The notes under the pieces: generated by a model
What the model was told of the DNA's origin: nothing
The model's input: the letters and a program-made list of their open reading frames with translations, nothing else
Databases searched by the model: none
Part shown: positions 34,965 to 43,462 of the stretch, piece by piece
Layout of the letters: the number at the start of each line of letters is the position of its first letter
Numbering within the stretch: the stretch's first letter is position 1
Origin: a virus
IMG/VR virus record: IMGVR_UViG_3300028920_000061
Span: 1-64,000 of that record
Strand: one strand, 5' to 3'
DNA: 64,000 nucleotides
Made by a program: the position numbers and the translations under genes

Positions 34965-35344
34965 TGGACGTATACTGAATTCGGGCTGGGGGACCAAATG
35001 AACCCGGCCCCGTCATATTCAGATTCATGTTGATGGGAGTAGTTTTTACGAAACCGCTCATGTTATTGCGTCCTATGTTCAGGTTTATAACCTCAAAAAC
35101 TTTTGATGCCGACACTAACACCTGTAACGAGAGTTCAAATCTCTCCCCGCCATCCAGAAATCAAAAATCATTTTTGGTTTCTCGATGGCGGGTAGTCCAG
35201 TGGTAAGACACAGGCATGATGTTTATGCTCGGTACGTCGATAGTCAAGAGGTGAAAAAAAATTCGTAATGAATACCAACACTTGAACTGTTGATTTATTC
35301 AATAAGTGGCGGGGTGGCAGGATACGTCTGCCCCGCCTTTTTTT
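34965..35344 (+). ncRNA. Putative structured ncRNA containing a circularly permuted tRNA-like (YrlA-like) module at 35121-35214
   Basis: Order is CCTGT, T-arm GAGAG-TTCAAAT-CTCTC, CCCGCCATC, closing hairpin, GATGGCGGG, TA, D-arm GTC-CAGTGGTAA-GAC, ACAGG; no ORF; ends in a terminator. Confidence 0.7.
35308..35344 (+). terminator. Rho-independent terminator
   Basis: GGCGGGG...CCCCGCC followed by T-run. Confidence 0.8.
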
Positions 35345-35368
35345 ATTTTGGTTACAACATTTTTTTAG

Positions 35369-35447
35369 CCGTTAGACTAACGGAAAATCTGGTATAACTA
35401 TAATAGGCAAGAGAATTCACTCTTGTCTATTTCCGTCGGAGGAAATA
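35369..35447 (+). promoter_or_regulatory. Promoter/leader module, copy 2
   Basis: CCGTTAG...TGGTATAACTATAATAG, hairpin CAAGAG/CTCTTG, TTTCCGTCGGAGGAA. Confidence 0.7.
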
Positions 35448-35756
35448 ATGGTAGCCCTTATCACAAAAACAATAAAATACGAATGCCACATTTATGAAGA
35501 GTCTGATGACGCGGCTGAAGAATTAGTTAAGATGGTTGATGAATGTCAACCTCATATTATTAAAATCCCCAAAGATATTGAAAAGTTTGCTAATGATTAT
35601 AATATTTTTATTATATACAAACTTCCCGGGGAAGGAAATCCAACTATAAAAGAATTTCTGTCAAAACCTGATGAATTTCGGCGATTTGAATGGCATGATA
35701 CCATTCATGAGATGGGGCTTCGTAATCGCTTAAAAAATGGCGTTGGGGAATCGTAA
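35448..35756 (+). CDS. Hypothetical protein
   Basis: Directly downstream of the promoter module and GGAGG. Confidence 0.65.
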   Translation: MVALITKTIKYECHIYEESDDAAEELVKMVDECQPHIIKIPKDIEKFANDYNIFIIYKLPGEGNPTIKEFLSKPDEFRRFEWHDTIHEMGLRNRLKNGVGES

Positions 35757-35832
35757 ATCCCCCGGTCCGAAAGGCCCGTTAACCGGCTGCCCTCCACAGA
35801 TACTGACATATCTGTGAAGGGCTTTTTTTTAC

Positions 35833-35914
35833 CCGTTAGAATAGAAGAAAATATGGTATAACTATAATAGACAAGAGAATTCGCTCTTGTCTATTTCCGT
35901 CGGAGGAATTCATT
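35833..35914 (+). promoter_or_regulatory. Promoter/leader module, copy 3
   Basis: Near-identical to 35369-35447. Confidence 0.7.
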
Positions 35915-36079
35915 ATGTCACAATATTTTTATAACCAATTCTATTTTAATGCGCAATTTCTTCCACATCTTCTAATAGATGATTATGTAGACGGTGGTAG
36001 CAGACGAAAGAGGAAAACCGACCCAGTCGATATGGCTGACAAATTCATCGCGAGAATGGAGATTGACTGGAGGGAATGA
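35915..36079 (+). CDS. 54-aa protein (not in ORF track)
   Basis: MSQYFYNQFYFNAQ...MEIDWRE after the GGAGG of the promoter module. Confidence 0.55.
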   Translation: MSQYFYNQFYFNAQFLPHLLIDDYVDGGSRRKRKTDPVDMADKFIARMEIDWRE

Positions 36080-36124
36080 TTTCTCTCCTTTTTATCCATC
36101 AGGTTGGCAAACCCTTTGCCCATA

Positions 36125-36155
36125 AAAAACCCCTCCCGAGGGAAAACGGGAGGGG
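36125..36155 (-). terminator. Terminator at the convergence of the two transcription arms
   Basis: CCCCTCCCG...CGGGAGGGG preceded by an A-run (T-run on the - strand). Confidence 0.6.
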
Positions 36156-36210
36156 CCGGAGGTCGCACCTCAAGAAGAATAGAAAAGGTGCGTGGCCAGC
36201 AACAGGCTGG

Positions 36211-38283
36211 TTAAATCTGCGAACTCACTTTCGACCCAGGCGGTCGCTGTTCAGGAAGAGCTGCAATATCAACTCCAGCTTCCGCCGGACCTGGCGGCTC
36301 TTCTCCATACGTGTCCCCCTGAGTTGTTGAAGGTATCTGCCCAGGTGTGTATTTCTGGACAGTCTCCATATCTGGTTTTGTATCTGCAAGAATAACATTC
36401 ATCTCCTTCAGGTTCGAATAGACCTCCTGATAGAGAGATGGCATGGAATTCTTCATGGCAAGCATTCTAATCTTGAATTCTTCAGGATTAATATCAGCAA
36501 GTCTTGCAAATCGCTGTGTAATAATCATTATCAGGTTCGGAACTGAGATTTTGCCCGGATCCATACCTCTCTGCTGACTAAGTGCGGCAGTTTCCTGCGC
36601 AACCCCTTCAGCGTTCATCATTCTCTGCTCTTCAATCTGCTGCTCACGAGTAGCCTGATACTCTCGCTCGTTTTGTTCCATACGGCTACGATTGGCAAGC
36701 TCAGCATCAGCAGCATACATCGCATTTACAACTGTGGCACCACCAGCAGCCTCAGCCTCACCTTCAGCGGCTTTGACCTTCATTTCAATCATTCTCTTGA
36801 GTTCCTGCTCTTTGAGATTGTATTCTTTCTCAGGATCAAGACCAAGCTCTTTTTGCATGGATGTACGGGAAATAAGCGATGTCGCCGGGTCATCCCCTGC
36901 GTTTCTCATCATCATTTCCTTCTTCTGAAGATCGTCAGCCATTTTGAAGTCTGACATTTTGATATCAATTGTCGGTATACTGAAATAGGCTGAAGTCTTA
37001 TTCTTCACCCAGTCTATAAACTCGATCATATCATTACGATGATTGAGAAACGTGTTCTCAACAACACGCAGGGATACGTTACTTCCAGACCATGATGCTC
37101 CACCACGAATAATTTCAGGTATCATCCCAACACCGGTAATGATATCATCTTCAACGAATTTCAACTCTTGAGAAATCAAAAGTAGTTTTGCATCGCCGCT
37201 GAAATTTTGCATTCCAAGAGGTAACGGTACGATTGACACGTAGTTCGGGTCTGCTCTCCACTTTCGTATCTCATCCTCGACTTTGGTTCTCCAGCTACCA
37301 AGGTTCATTATGGCATGAGGACTGACATCGCCTTGAGACATTGGAAACAGAATTCGAAGAGGCACGATATGATCAAACGCAATCATCTCGTTGCCCTTCT
37401 TAAGAACCCTGACGTGGAATATGTCTTTCAAAACAGGCATAACCGCGGGTATTCCCCAACCTCTCTGACCGGGTATGAGATATTGGGGCCCTGGGCGCTT
37501 GAGGTGATACACGTTGTCTGAAAGAAGCTTCAGCTGCTTACGCTTCTGAACCGCTTCAATAACTTCAAGCCTGAGAGTGCTGACAATATCCATATCCCCC
37601 TGACGAACCGCTGTAGCAATAGATGGCGGTATAGTATAGTAATAGAAATGGTCGTCAGAAATGGGATTGTATTTAATGTCAATAAATGTGAGATCCCAGG
37701 AAATGATAGACATCTTGGACATCTCTCGACTGTTCACATCACGGGCTTCCATTACCCCGTTGTATCCACAGTCTTTTTTGATGCACTTCGCGACAAACTT
37801 GAAATTCTTGAAAGAAGCGTTGAGACCTTCCGCCGTATGCTCTTCATTGCATTTTGGGCATTTCAGCATGCGTTTGAACGGATAGTGAATTGACATTATC
37901 GAATTGCCATAAGCGTAATAATCCATTCCACACTGTTTGAGAACGCGAGTCATTTTCATATGATCTTCAAACAGTTTTTTCCACTTATCGACAGTCTTGT
38001 CATTTTCCAGATTAGCCGGCTTTTCCTCATCACCATATATGAGGTCGGTGATGGGATATTCAGACATCTTATTGACGCATTGTGATATCAGACCATCGCC
38101 AAGAACAAAAGAAGCAATAAATGATATGAGACTCTTGATGGTCTTAGGAAGGAACGTGGATGTCATATCAAGAAACGGGCTATCGTACTTGATAGAACCA
38201 CGATGAAACGTAACCGGCGTAGTGGTAGAAGTACTTGTACTGGTGGCCGCGGTAACCAGCCCCTGTCCTGACAAATCAGCCAT
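36211..38283 (-). CDS. Probable portal protein
   Basis: 690 aa; DYYAYGN, VYHLK, RGWGIP.V.P.L, I..G.G..PE.I patterns typical of portals; Zn-ribbon insert CPKC. Confidence 0.65.
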   Translation of the reverse strand: MADLSGQGLVTAATSTSTSTTTPVTFHRGSIKYDSPFLDMTSTFLPKTIKSLISFIASFVLGDGLISQCVNKMSEYPITDLIYGDEEKPANLENDKTVDKWKKLFEDHMKMTRVLKQCGMDYYAYGNSIMSIHYPFKRMLKCPKCNEEHTAEGLNASFKNFKFVAKCIKKDCGYNGVMEARDVNSREMSKMSIISWDLTFIDIKYNPISDDHFYYYTIPPSIATAVRQGDMDIVSTLRLEVIEAVQKRKQLKLLSDNVYHLKRPGPQYLIPGQRGWGIPAVMPVLKDIFHVRVLKKGNEMIAFDHIVPLRILFPMSQGDVSPHAIMNLGSWRTKVEDEIRKWRADPNYVSIVPLPLGMQNFSGDAKLLLISQELKFVEDDIITGVGMIPEIIRGGASWSGSNVSLRVVENTFLNHRNDMIEFIDWVKNKTSAYFSIPTIDIKMSDFKMADDLQKKEMMMRNAGDDPATSLISRTSMQKELGLDPEKEYNLKEQELKRMIEMKVKAAEGEAEAAGGATVVNAMYAADAELANRSRMEQNEREYQATREQQIEEQRMMNAEGVAQETAALSQQRGMDPGKISVPNLIMIITQRFARLADINPEEFKIRMLAMKNSMPSLYQEVYSNLKEMNVILADTKPDMETVQKYTPGQIPSTTQGDTYGEEPPGPAEAGVDIAALPEQRPPGSKVSSQI

Positions 38284-38295
38284 TATGTCTACTTT

Positions 38296-39042
38296 CTATT
38301 CAAAGTATGTTAAAGCCGCTGCTTCTGCATTTACAAGCCGCTTGGCTTGAATATCAACCATTTCTTCTTTTATCACAGTATCTTTTTCAGTTACAATCTC
38401 ATTGTATCGCTTTAGTATCTTCAGCCAGTTCTTTTTCGTTTCTTCAGAAACAAGTTTGGACATTCTTTTTTTAATCAGAAGTAAAATTGATGGTGGCGGA
38501 ATATACAGCCCATCATCAATCAAAGCTATGCTGGCATATTTGAGAACATCATCACCAAAAAAACCTTCACGGTCAGGTCTGATATGAATCATTGCCTTGA
38601 AAGTATTGATAACCATTCCAGGAGATGGTTTTCTCAACATCTCAAAATCGGCTATAGCCCCGGCAAATGACAGAGCTATTTGATTGAACTCGAACCAGTC
38701 ATGAAATGCCCGGTCGCTCTGACAGAGGTGCCTGATAGCCTGAATCTTGTCACGGTTCACATCCTCGAGAGCGACGCCGTATTTGATGAACAACATCTTC
38801 TCAATCGTTTCCCATTCCCATTCCCACCAGTCAGTACCAAGCGCTTTATTGAGAAAATCATAGACTTTGATTACTGACGCCTTCTCGTTATTGAGAACGG
38901 TATTAAGCTGTATCACATCTCTTTTTTTAGCCGTCAAGTGAGACTTTTGAAAATCAGAAATCTCCCGACGGACAGATTCGATGTCTTCAGGAGTTCCGCC
39001 CATGTAGGCGTTCATGAGACGCTGTGAGAGTTGTGATGGCAC
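38296..39042 (-). CDS. Hypothetical (probable virion) protein
   Basis: Adjacent to the portal in the late arm. Confidence 0.55.
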   Translation of the reverse strand: MPSQLSQRLMNAYMGGTPEDIESVRREISDFQKSHLTAKKRDVIQLNTVLNNEKASVIKVYDFLNKALGTDWWEWEWETIEKMLFIKYGVALEDVNRDKIQAIRHLCQSDRAFHDWFEFNQIALSFAGAIADFEMLRKPSPGMVINTFKAMIHIRPDREGFFGDDVLKYASIALIDDGLYIPPPSILLLIKKRMSKLVSEETKKNWLKILKRYNEIVTEKDTVIKEEMVDIQAKRLVNAEAAALTYFE

Positions 39043-39096
39043 TTAATGATCCTTTTCACCTGCCACGCTTTTTTCCGGTGCTTTTGAATAAATGAT

Positions 39097-39705
39097 TCAC
39101 GTTATTGCTCTCTTTAATAGATAGGACCCATTAATAAACTCTATAATATCTTTTTGCAAAAGTGAAACAATTAATTTTTCTATGGAATGATGCCCTTTTA
39201 TATGATCGCTTTCATTTTTATATAACCAAAGATTTTCAATGTTATTATTTTCTTTATTCAAATCAATGTGATGCACTGTCTCATTTGAACTTAATTGTCT
39301 TCCAATTTTTTGTTCAATTAAATATCGATGTATGTATATTCTTCTTCCTTTTGACGTTACCAGTTGTGGTCGCCATTTTTTAAATTTATTAGAACTTTTT
39401 TTTCGACCTTTCTTTTTTTTACCCCTATTAAATTCAATACCACATTCAAAAGAACAAAATTTCTTTTTTTTCCATTTTTCAATTTGAAAAATCACCCTAC
39501 ACTGTGGGCATTTTCTCGATTCATAAAATACGTGCCTAGGTTTTAACCCACATTTTATAGAACAAAATTTTTGCTTATTCCATTTTTGAGTAAAAAATGT
39601 TTTTTTACAACTTGGACAAACCCTTTGATCGTTTTTATACGATCCATATTTTGCTACAGATTCTTTTGTTGGCATAACATCATCCTCCTTGACAACATTA
39701 TACAT
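39097..39705 (-). CDS. HNH homing-endonuclease-like protein
   Basis: Two CPxC...KFCS..C Zn repeats, then YIHRYL...VHHIDLNKENNNIENL...H; AT-rich insert. Confidence 0.85.
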   Translation of the reverse strand: MYNVVKEDDVMPTKESVAKYGSYKNDQRVCPSCKKTFFTQKWNKQKFCSIKCGLKPRHVFYESRKCPQCRVIFQIEKWKKKKFCSFECGIEFNRGKKKKGRKKSSNKFKKWRPQLVTSKGRRIYIHRYLIEQKIGRQLSSNETVHHIDLNKENNNIENLWLYKNESDHIKGHHSIEKLIVSLLQKDIIEFINGSYLLKRAIT

Positions 39706-39734
39706 CCAAGGTAATGGTTAAGGCAAAGGAAAAT

Positions 39735-39989
39735 CTAATTTGTTCTATTACGACCTTGACCAGACCCTTTTCCTTCTCCGCCACCAGGACCGTCAGCTTC
39801 GCACTCTTCTTCATTCTTGTTGCGACGCATACCACCCGGCATTCCTTTGCCTTTACCGGCTCCGCTTTTGAGACCACGGCCCAGGCGAGCCATACGAGAA
39901 ACGACTTCATCATCGCTTTCGGCAAGCTTGTTCATTTCATCCTCGAATGCTGCCTGCCGAACCTCTTCCAATAAGGCTTGCTTGTTCAT
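39735..39989 (-). CDS. Small protein (AFEDEMNKLA motif, Gly-rich tail)
   Basis: Co-oriented; start overlaps the upstream stop. Confidence 0.55.
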   Translation of the reverse strand: MNKQALLEEVRQAAFEDEMNKLAESDDEVVSRMARLGRGLKSGAGKGKGMPGGMRRNKNEEECEADGPGGGEGKGSGQGRNRTN

Positions 39990-40285
39990 TTTTTTTCCTT
40001 CCCGAGCTTCTTCTTAGCCCATTCATTAAATGTTTCGAGCGACCGCTCGATGACGGTTGTGACTTTCAGCACCTTCGGTAGGTATGCATGAATTACCCCT
40101 CCGCTCCAGATAACAGTGCCGACACCGAACAGGATATTCAGAAGGTCGTCATCGATCTCAAAATCGGTTCCGGCCTGAGCGTTTGATATCCTGATGACGT
40201 ACTTCACGATCATGGGGATCATGACGATGAGTGCGCCGAGGCCACGTTTCTTGCCGGTGCTTTTGGTCAATGATTTGAAATTCAT
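39986..40285 (-). CDS. Two-TM membrane protein, holin-like
   Basis: Two hydrophobic helices and basic termini. Confidence 0.45.
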   Translation of the reverse strand: MNFKSLTKSTGKKRGLGALIVMIPMIVKYVIRISNAQAGTDFEIDDDLLNILFGVGTVIWSGGVIHAYLPKVLKVTTVIERSLETFNEWAKKKLGKEKK

Positions 40286-40950
40286 ATTACCTCCCCAAGG
40301 GCAGCCCTCTCAGCTGCACCTAATGCTGAAACAGTACCCAAAGGGTCCTTACCGAAAGCGTCGGCGAACTTCTTCCCAAGTGACTTGGCGACCTTCTCCA
40401 GCGTCTCAGGCGTTCGTGAGGCCCTCGTAAGGTCATACTGGGTCTTATCACCCGCCAGCTTCACCGCGTCGTATTCCGGGTTTGTATAGCCACCAAACAC
40501 AGCCATGTACGGGTCAGGGATGAGAGTATCATAATGATGTTCCAGATTTGCCAGCTTATCAAACTCCTGAACAGCGCTGAGGACCTCAAGAGGGGAAAGA
40601 TCTGACGCCTGCTTTACGAGGGCTTCAACAACGCCAGTTCCTTCAACCTGCTTGCCACCAACATTTACTTTCACTTTATGGGTAAGACAGGCCTGTTTAC
40701 GCATTTCCATAGAACGCCTGAAATCGGGCGAAATTGGAGACCCCTCTTTCAAAGGGCGTGAATAGTTGGTTACCCAGTCTTCCGACAAGGCAACGCCGAG
40801 GTCGGCAGCACGTTTCTCGATATTACACGCCGCGGTTACACGGTCGTTAGGGGAGAACCGATGCAGGTTCTTCTTGAAATAGACACAGGCCGTCTTGACC
40901 TGACGGTCTGTTTCGATTGGATACCTGTTTTTCAGTGCGTAATGCATCAT
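40282..40950 (-). CDS. Hypothetical head-associated protein
   Basis: RYPI...QVK.A..YF pattern; EKVA/KQAS/KLA motifs. Confidence 0.55.
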   Translation of the reverse strand: MMHYALKNRYPIETDRQVKTACVYFKKNLHRFSPNDRVTAACNIEKRAADLGVALSEDWVTNYSRPLKEGSPISPDFRRSMEMRKQACLTHKVKVNVGGKQVEGTGVVEALVKQASDLSPLEVLSAVQEFDKLANLEHHYDTLIPDPYMAVFGGYTNPEYDAVKLAGDKTQYDLTRASRTPETLEKVAKSLGKKFADAFGKDPLGTVSALGAAERAALGEVI

Positions 40951-40958
40951 AACTCCCT

Positions 40959-41981
40959 TTAATAGTCTGTTATTGTTGATATAGTCAAATAACGATCGTT
41001 ATTATTTGAAGCTGGAATTGTCTGATTATTTCCTGAATTTTGATAAATATTCAATTTAACATAATCGCCGGCTGATAGATATACAAGAGCACTACCAATA
41101 GATTCTCTCTCTATAACACCCTCAGCATTGTTTGCAAAACCTCTATATGACCCCTTAAAACAATAATTGGAATCAATATTGTCATTGATACATATGTACG
41201 TTTTACAAAATTCTTGAACTGCCCAATTTGAAGAGTCTTGCAAAGAAATTTTCCATGATATCTGACGAAAACCATTTGTTCTTGCAGTATAATAATTCGG
41301 GGTCCCGTCGCTCCATTCTTCAGCAGTATCTTGAAGAACTGTTCCAAATGATAGATGAAAATCGTTGCCAGAAGTTATCGTTAGCTCGCTTCCGCCAACA
41401 ACAATAACTTGCCCTCTAGATGCGCCACTTCTTGTTATTCCTGTAATTGATCCACTCGCCATTGTTATTGTGGCAATATGAACCAAATCATGATCTGCTT
41501 GTATTTGTGATATTGATGATTTTACTTCAAGAATGTTGCTATTAACTGGTGATGATGCGAATCCAAGTTCATCAAAAACTATTTGCTCATTTGCTGCCCC
41601 AATAAGCGGTGTAAACTTTCCATATGAAAGTGTATTATCAACAGATGATAAACTATATCTTAGACACAAATAATTGTCAGCATCGTCAGTCAGATCGCCA
41701 CTTAAATCCTTTTCAAGTGAGCTTTCAAGCGATATAATTCCACCATTTAGGGTAACGGCATATCCAGACGCAACAGTAACAACCAATCCGGAATTTGTAA
41801 CTGTAAGTCCTGATAGAATTTTACCTATACTTGATCCTGAATTGAGCGCTTTGGCAATCCTTTCAAAATTACTGAGCATTGCTGATTGAATAGACCACGC
41901 GGTCAGGTCACCGTCAGTTCCCTGACCGAGTATTTCATTAATCCTTTGCTTAATTCCAGTAACGATATTGACACGTCTCAT
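40959..41981 (-). CDS. Tail/baseplate protein with C-terminal C1q-like beta domain
   Basis: GL.V...VTVASGYA N-terminus; YTARTNG...LVYLSAGDYVKL C-terminus. Confidence 0.55.
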   Translation of the reverse strand: MRRVNIVTGIKQRINEILGQGTDGDLTAWSIQSAMLSNFERIAKALNSGSSIGKILSGLTVTNSGLVVTVASGYAVTLNGGIISLESSLEKDLSGDLTDDADNYLCLRYSLSSVDNTLSYGKFTPLIGAANEQIVFDELGFASSPVNSNILEVKSSISQIQADHDLVHIATITMASGSITGITRSGASRGQVIVVGGSELTITSGNDFHLSFGTVLQDTAEEWSDGTPNYYTARTNGFRQISWKISLQDSSNWAVQEFCKTYICINDNIDSNYCFKGSYRGFANNAEGVIERESIGSALVYLSAGDYVKLNIYQNSGNNQTIPASNNNDRYLTISTITDY

Positions 41982-42367
41982 TTTACCAACCCTTGAGGTG
42001 GCGTGATAATTGTCGATTTAGGAGCTGTTGCGCCAGCCATGTCGGCTGGTGCATTTTCAGGAACCTGAAACTGTTTCGGTTCGAACTTACTGGCAAACTC
42101 ATCAATCTGTTCCGGGGTCATTTTTTCCCCAATAAGTTCAAAAAGCATTTTTGCTCCGCCAAGCTTCTGACCAAGCTCAGCATCGAGAGCTTCCATTTGT
42201 GCCTTTATGGACTGAATTTGTTTGACAATATCCATTCCCTCGGAATTAATTTTGATGAGCTTTTCAAGCTCTTTTTGAGTTCCATCAGGAGCGAGTTCTG
42301 GATTCTTTGAAAGAAAAGCTACGGCCGCTGAGGCCTTCTGCTCACGAGAAGCGTTCGAAATGTCCAT
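41978..42367 (-). CDS. Coiled-coil hypothetical protein
   Basis: Operonic ORF. Confidence 0.55.
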   Translation of the reverse strand: MDISNASREQKASAAVAFLSKNPELAPDGTQKELEKLIKINSEGMDIVKQIQSIKAQMEALDAELGQKLGGAKMLFELIGEKMTPEQIDEFASKFEPKQFQVPENAPADMAGATAPKSTIITPPQGLVK

Positions 42368-43458
42368 TAAATATACCTTCCACTATAGTTATACAATTCA
42401 GTTCCAACAGTTTGCTGATACAAATTCTCAGCAACAGTAAAGTAATCACTCACCGTTGATGACAATGATGCCATCCCCTGGAATATGCCATGATACGCTC
42501 TGATTTTTAGAACATCAGTTCCAGCAACAGGAGCTGTACCACTCGTAAATCTTGAACTATTCCATTTTTCAAGAGCGATATTATACGCGCTTCCTGAAAT
42601 AGTTTTTGATAGAACGATACCATAACATGTCACGTCTGGAGTGTCGTCAAAAACGACTTTAAGAATGTCTCCAATCCCAACATTGTTGTATATCGTTAAA
42701 TAATCAGCAACACTCGCGTCCCCGGTAATTGTGAACGTATAAGCGTTGCTTGATTGCATTTCAACTTCGTCAGTAGAAAACTCGTCGCCCTCTTTTGAGA
42801 TCAAAAATGGATTGTTTGTTGTGATCGAAAAATAATCGAGAGGTACGACGAGTTTTGAATCTGACTTGAACCGTATGCCGGGAACACCGGCCCATTTAAT
42901 TCTTCGGTACGCTGTCTGCGAAGCGGTAAGAGGTTGGTAATATTCTATATCAAAACGTGGAATTGTGATTCTAGCATTGGCTGAAAATCCAAAAAATTGA
43001 GATAACTCATACAAGTCACTGTCGTCATCATGCAGACTCGATAACAATTTATTATAGATTGGAAATGAGCTACCAAGAAGGTCAACACTCATGCTCTCCG
43101 GCTCTATCTGAAGAAAATACTTGTATTTCTGCAGACGCTCTTCTTCAACAAGGGTAGAAAAAGGAGTAATATCAGAATCAAAATAGTTGTATGCATCAGC
43201 CTTGAATGCTGGAATTGATACACGGTCAGGCGTATGAATAATTCTTGAAGTGACAATGCCTGACTCTATTATATCGTAGGTTCCATTTGGTAGTGGGGAA
43301 CTGACAAAATATCCTTGATCGTCAGATGATACAGAGTCAACAGTAACTGACCCGGAAGGGTCGTTTCTGGCTATTGAAATTGTAGTATTACGAATGACAT
43401 TACCGGCACTGTCGGTAATAAATCCTTGTATCGGGCTGGATCGAAGATTTGATATCAT
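42367..43458 (-). CDS. Virion protein with N-terminal carboxypeptidase-regulatory-like beta sandwich
   Basis: IQGFITDSAGN...SDDQGYF...LPNGTYDI. Confidence 0.55.
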   Translation of the reverse strand: MISNLRSSPIQGFITDSAGNVIRNTTISIARNDPSGSVTVDSVSSDDQGYFVSSPLPNGTYDIIESGIVTSRIIHTPDRVSIPAFKADAYNYFDSDITPFSTLVEEERLQKYKYFLQIEPESMSVDLLGSSFPIYNKLLSSLHDDDSDLYELSQFFGFSANARITIPRFDIEYYQPLTASQTAYRRIKWAGVPGIRFKSDSKLVVPLDYFSITTNNPFLISKEGDEFSTDEVEMQSSNAYTFTITGDASVADYLTIYNNVGIGDILKVVFDDTPDVTCYGIVLSKTISGSAYNIALEKWNSSRFTSGTAPVAGTDVLKIRAYHGIFQGMASLSSTVSDYFTVAENLYQQTVGTELYNYSGRYI

Positions 43459-43462
43459 AATA

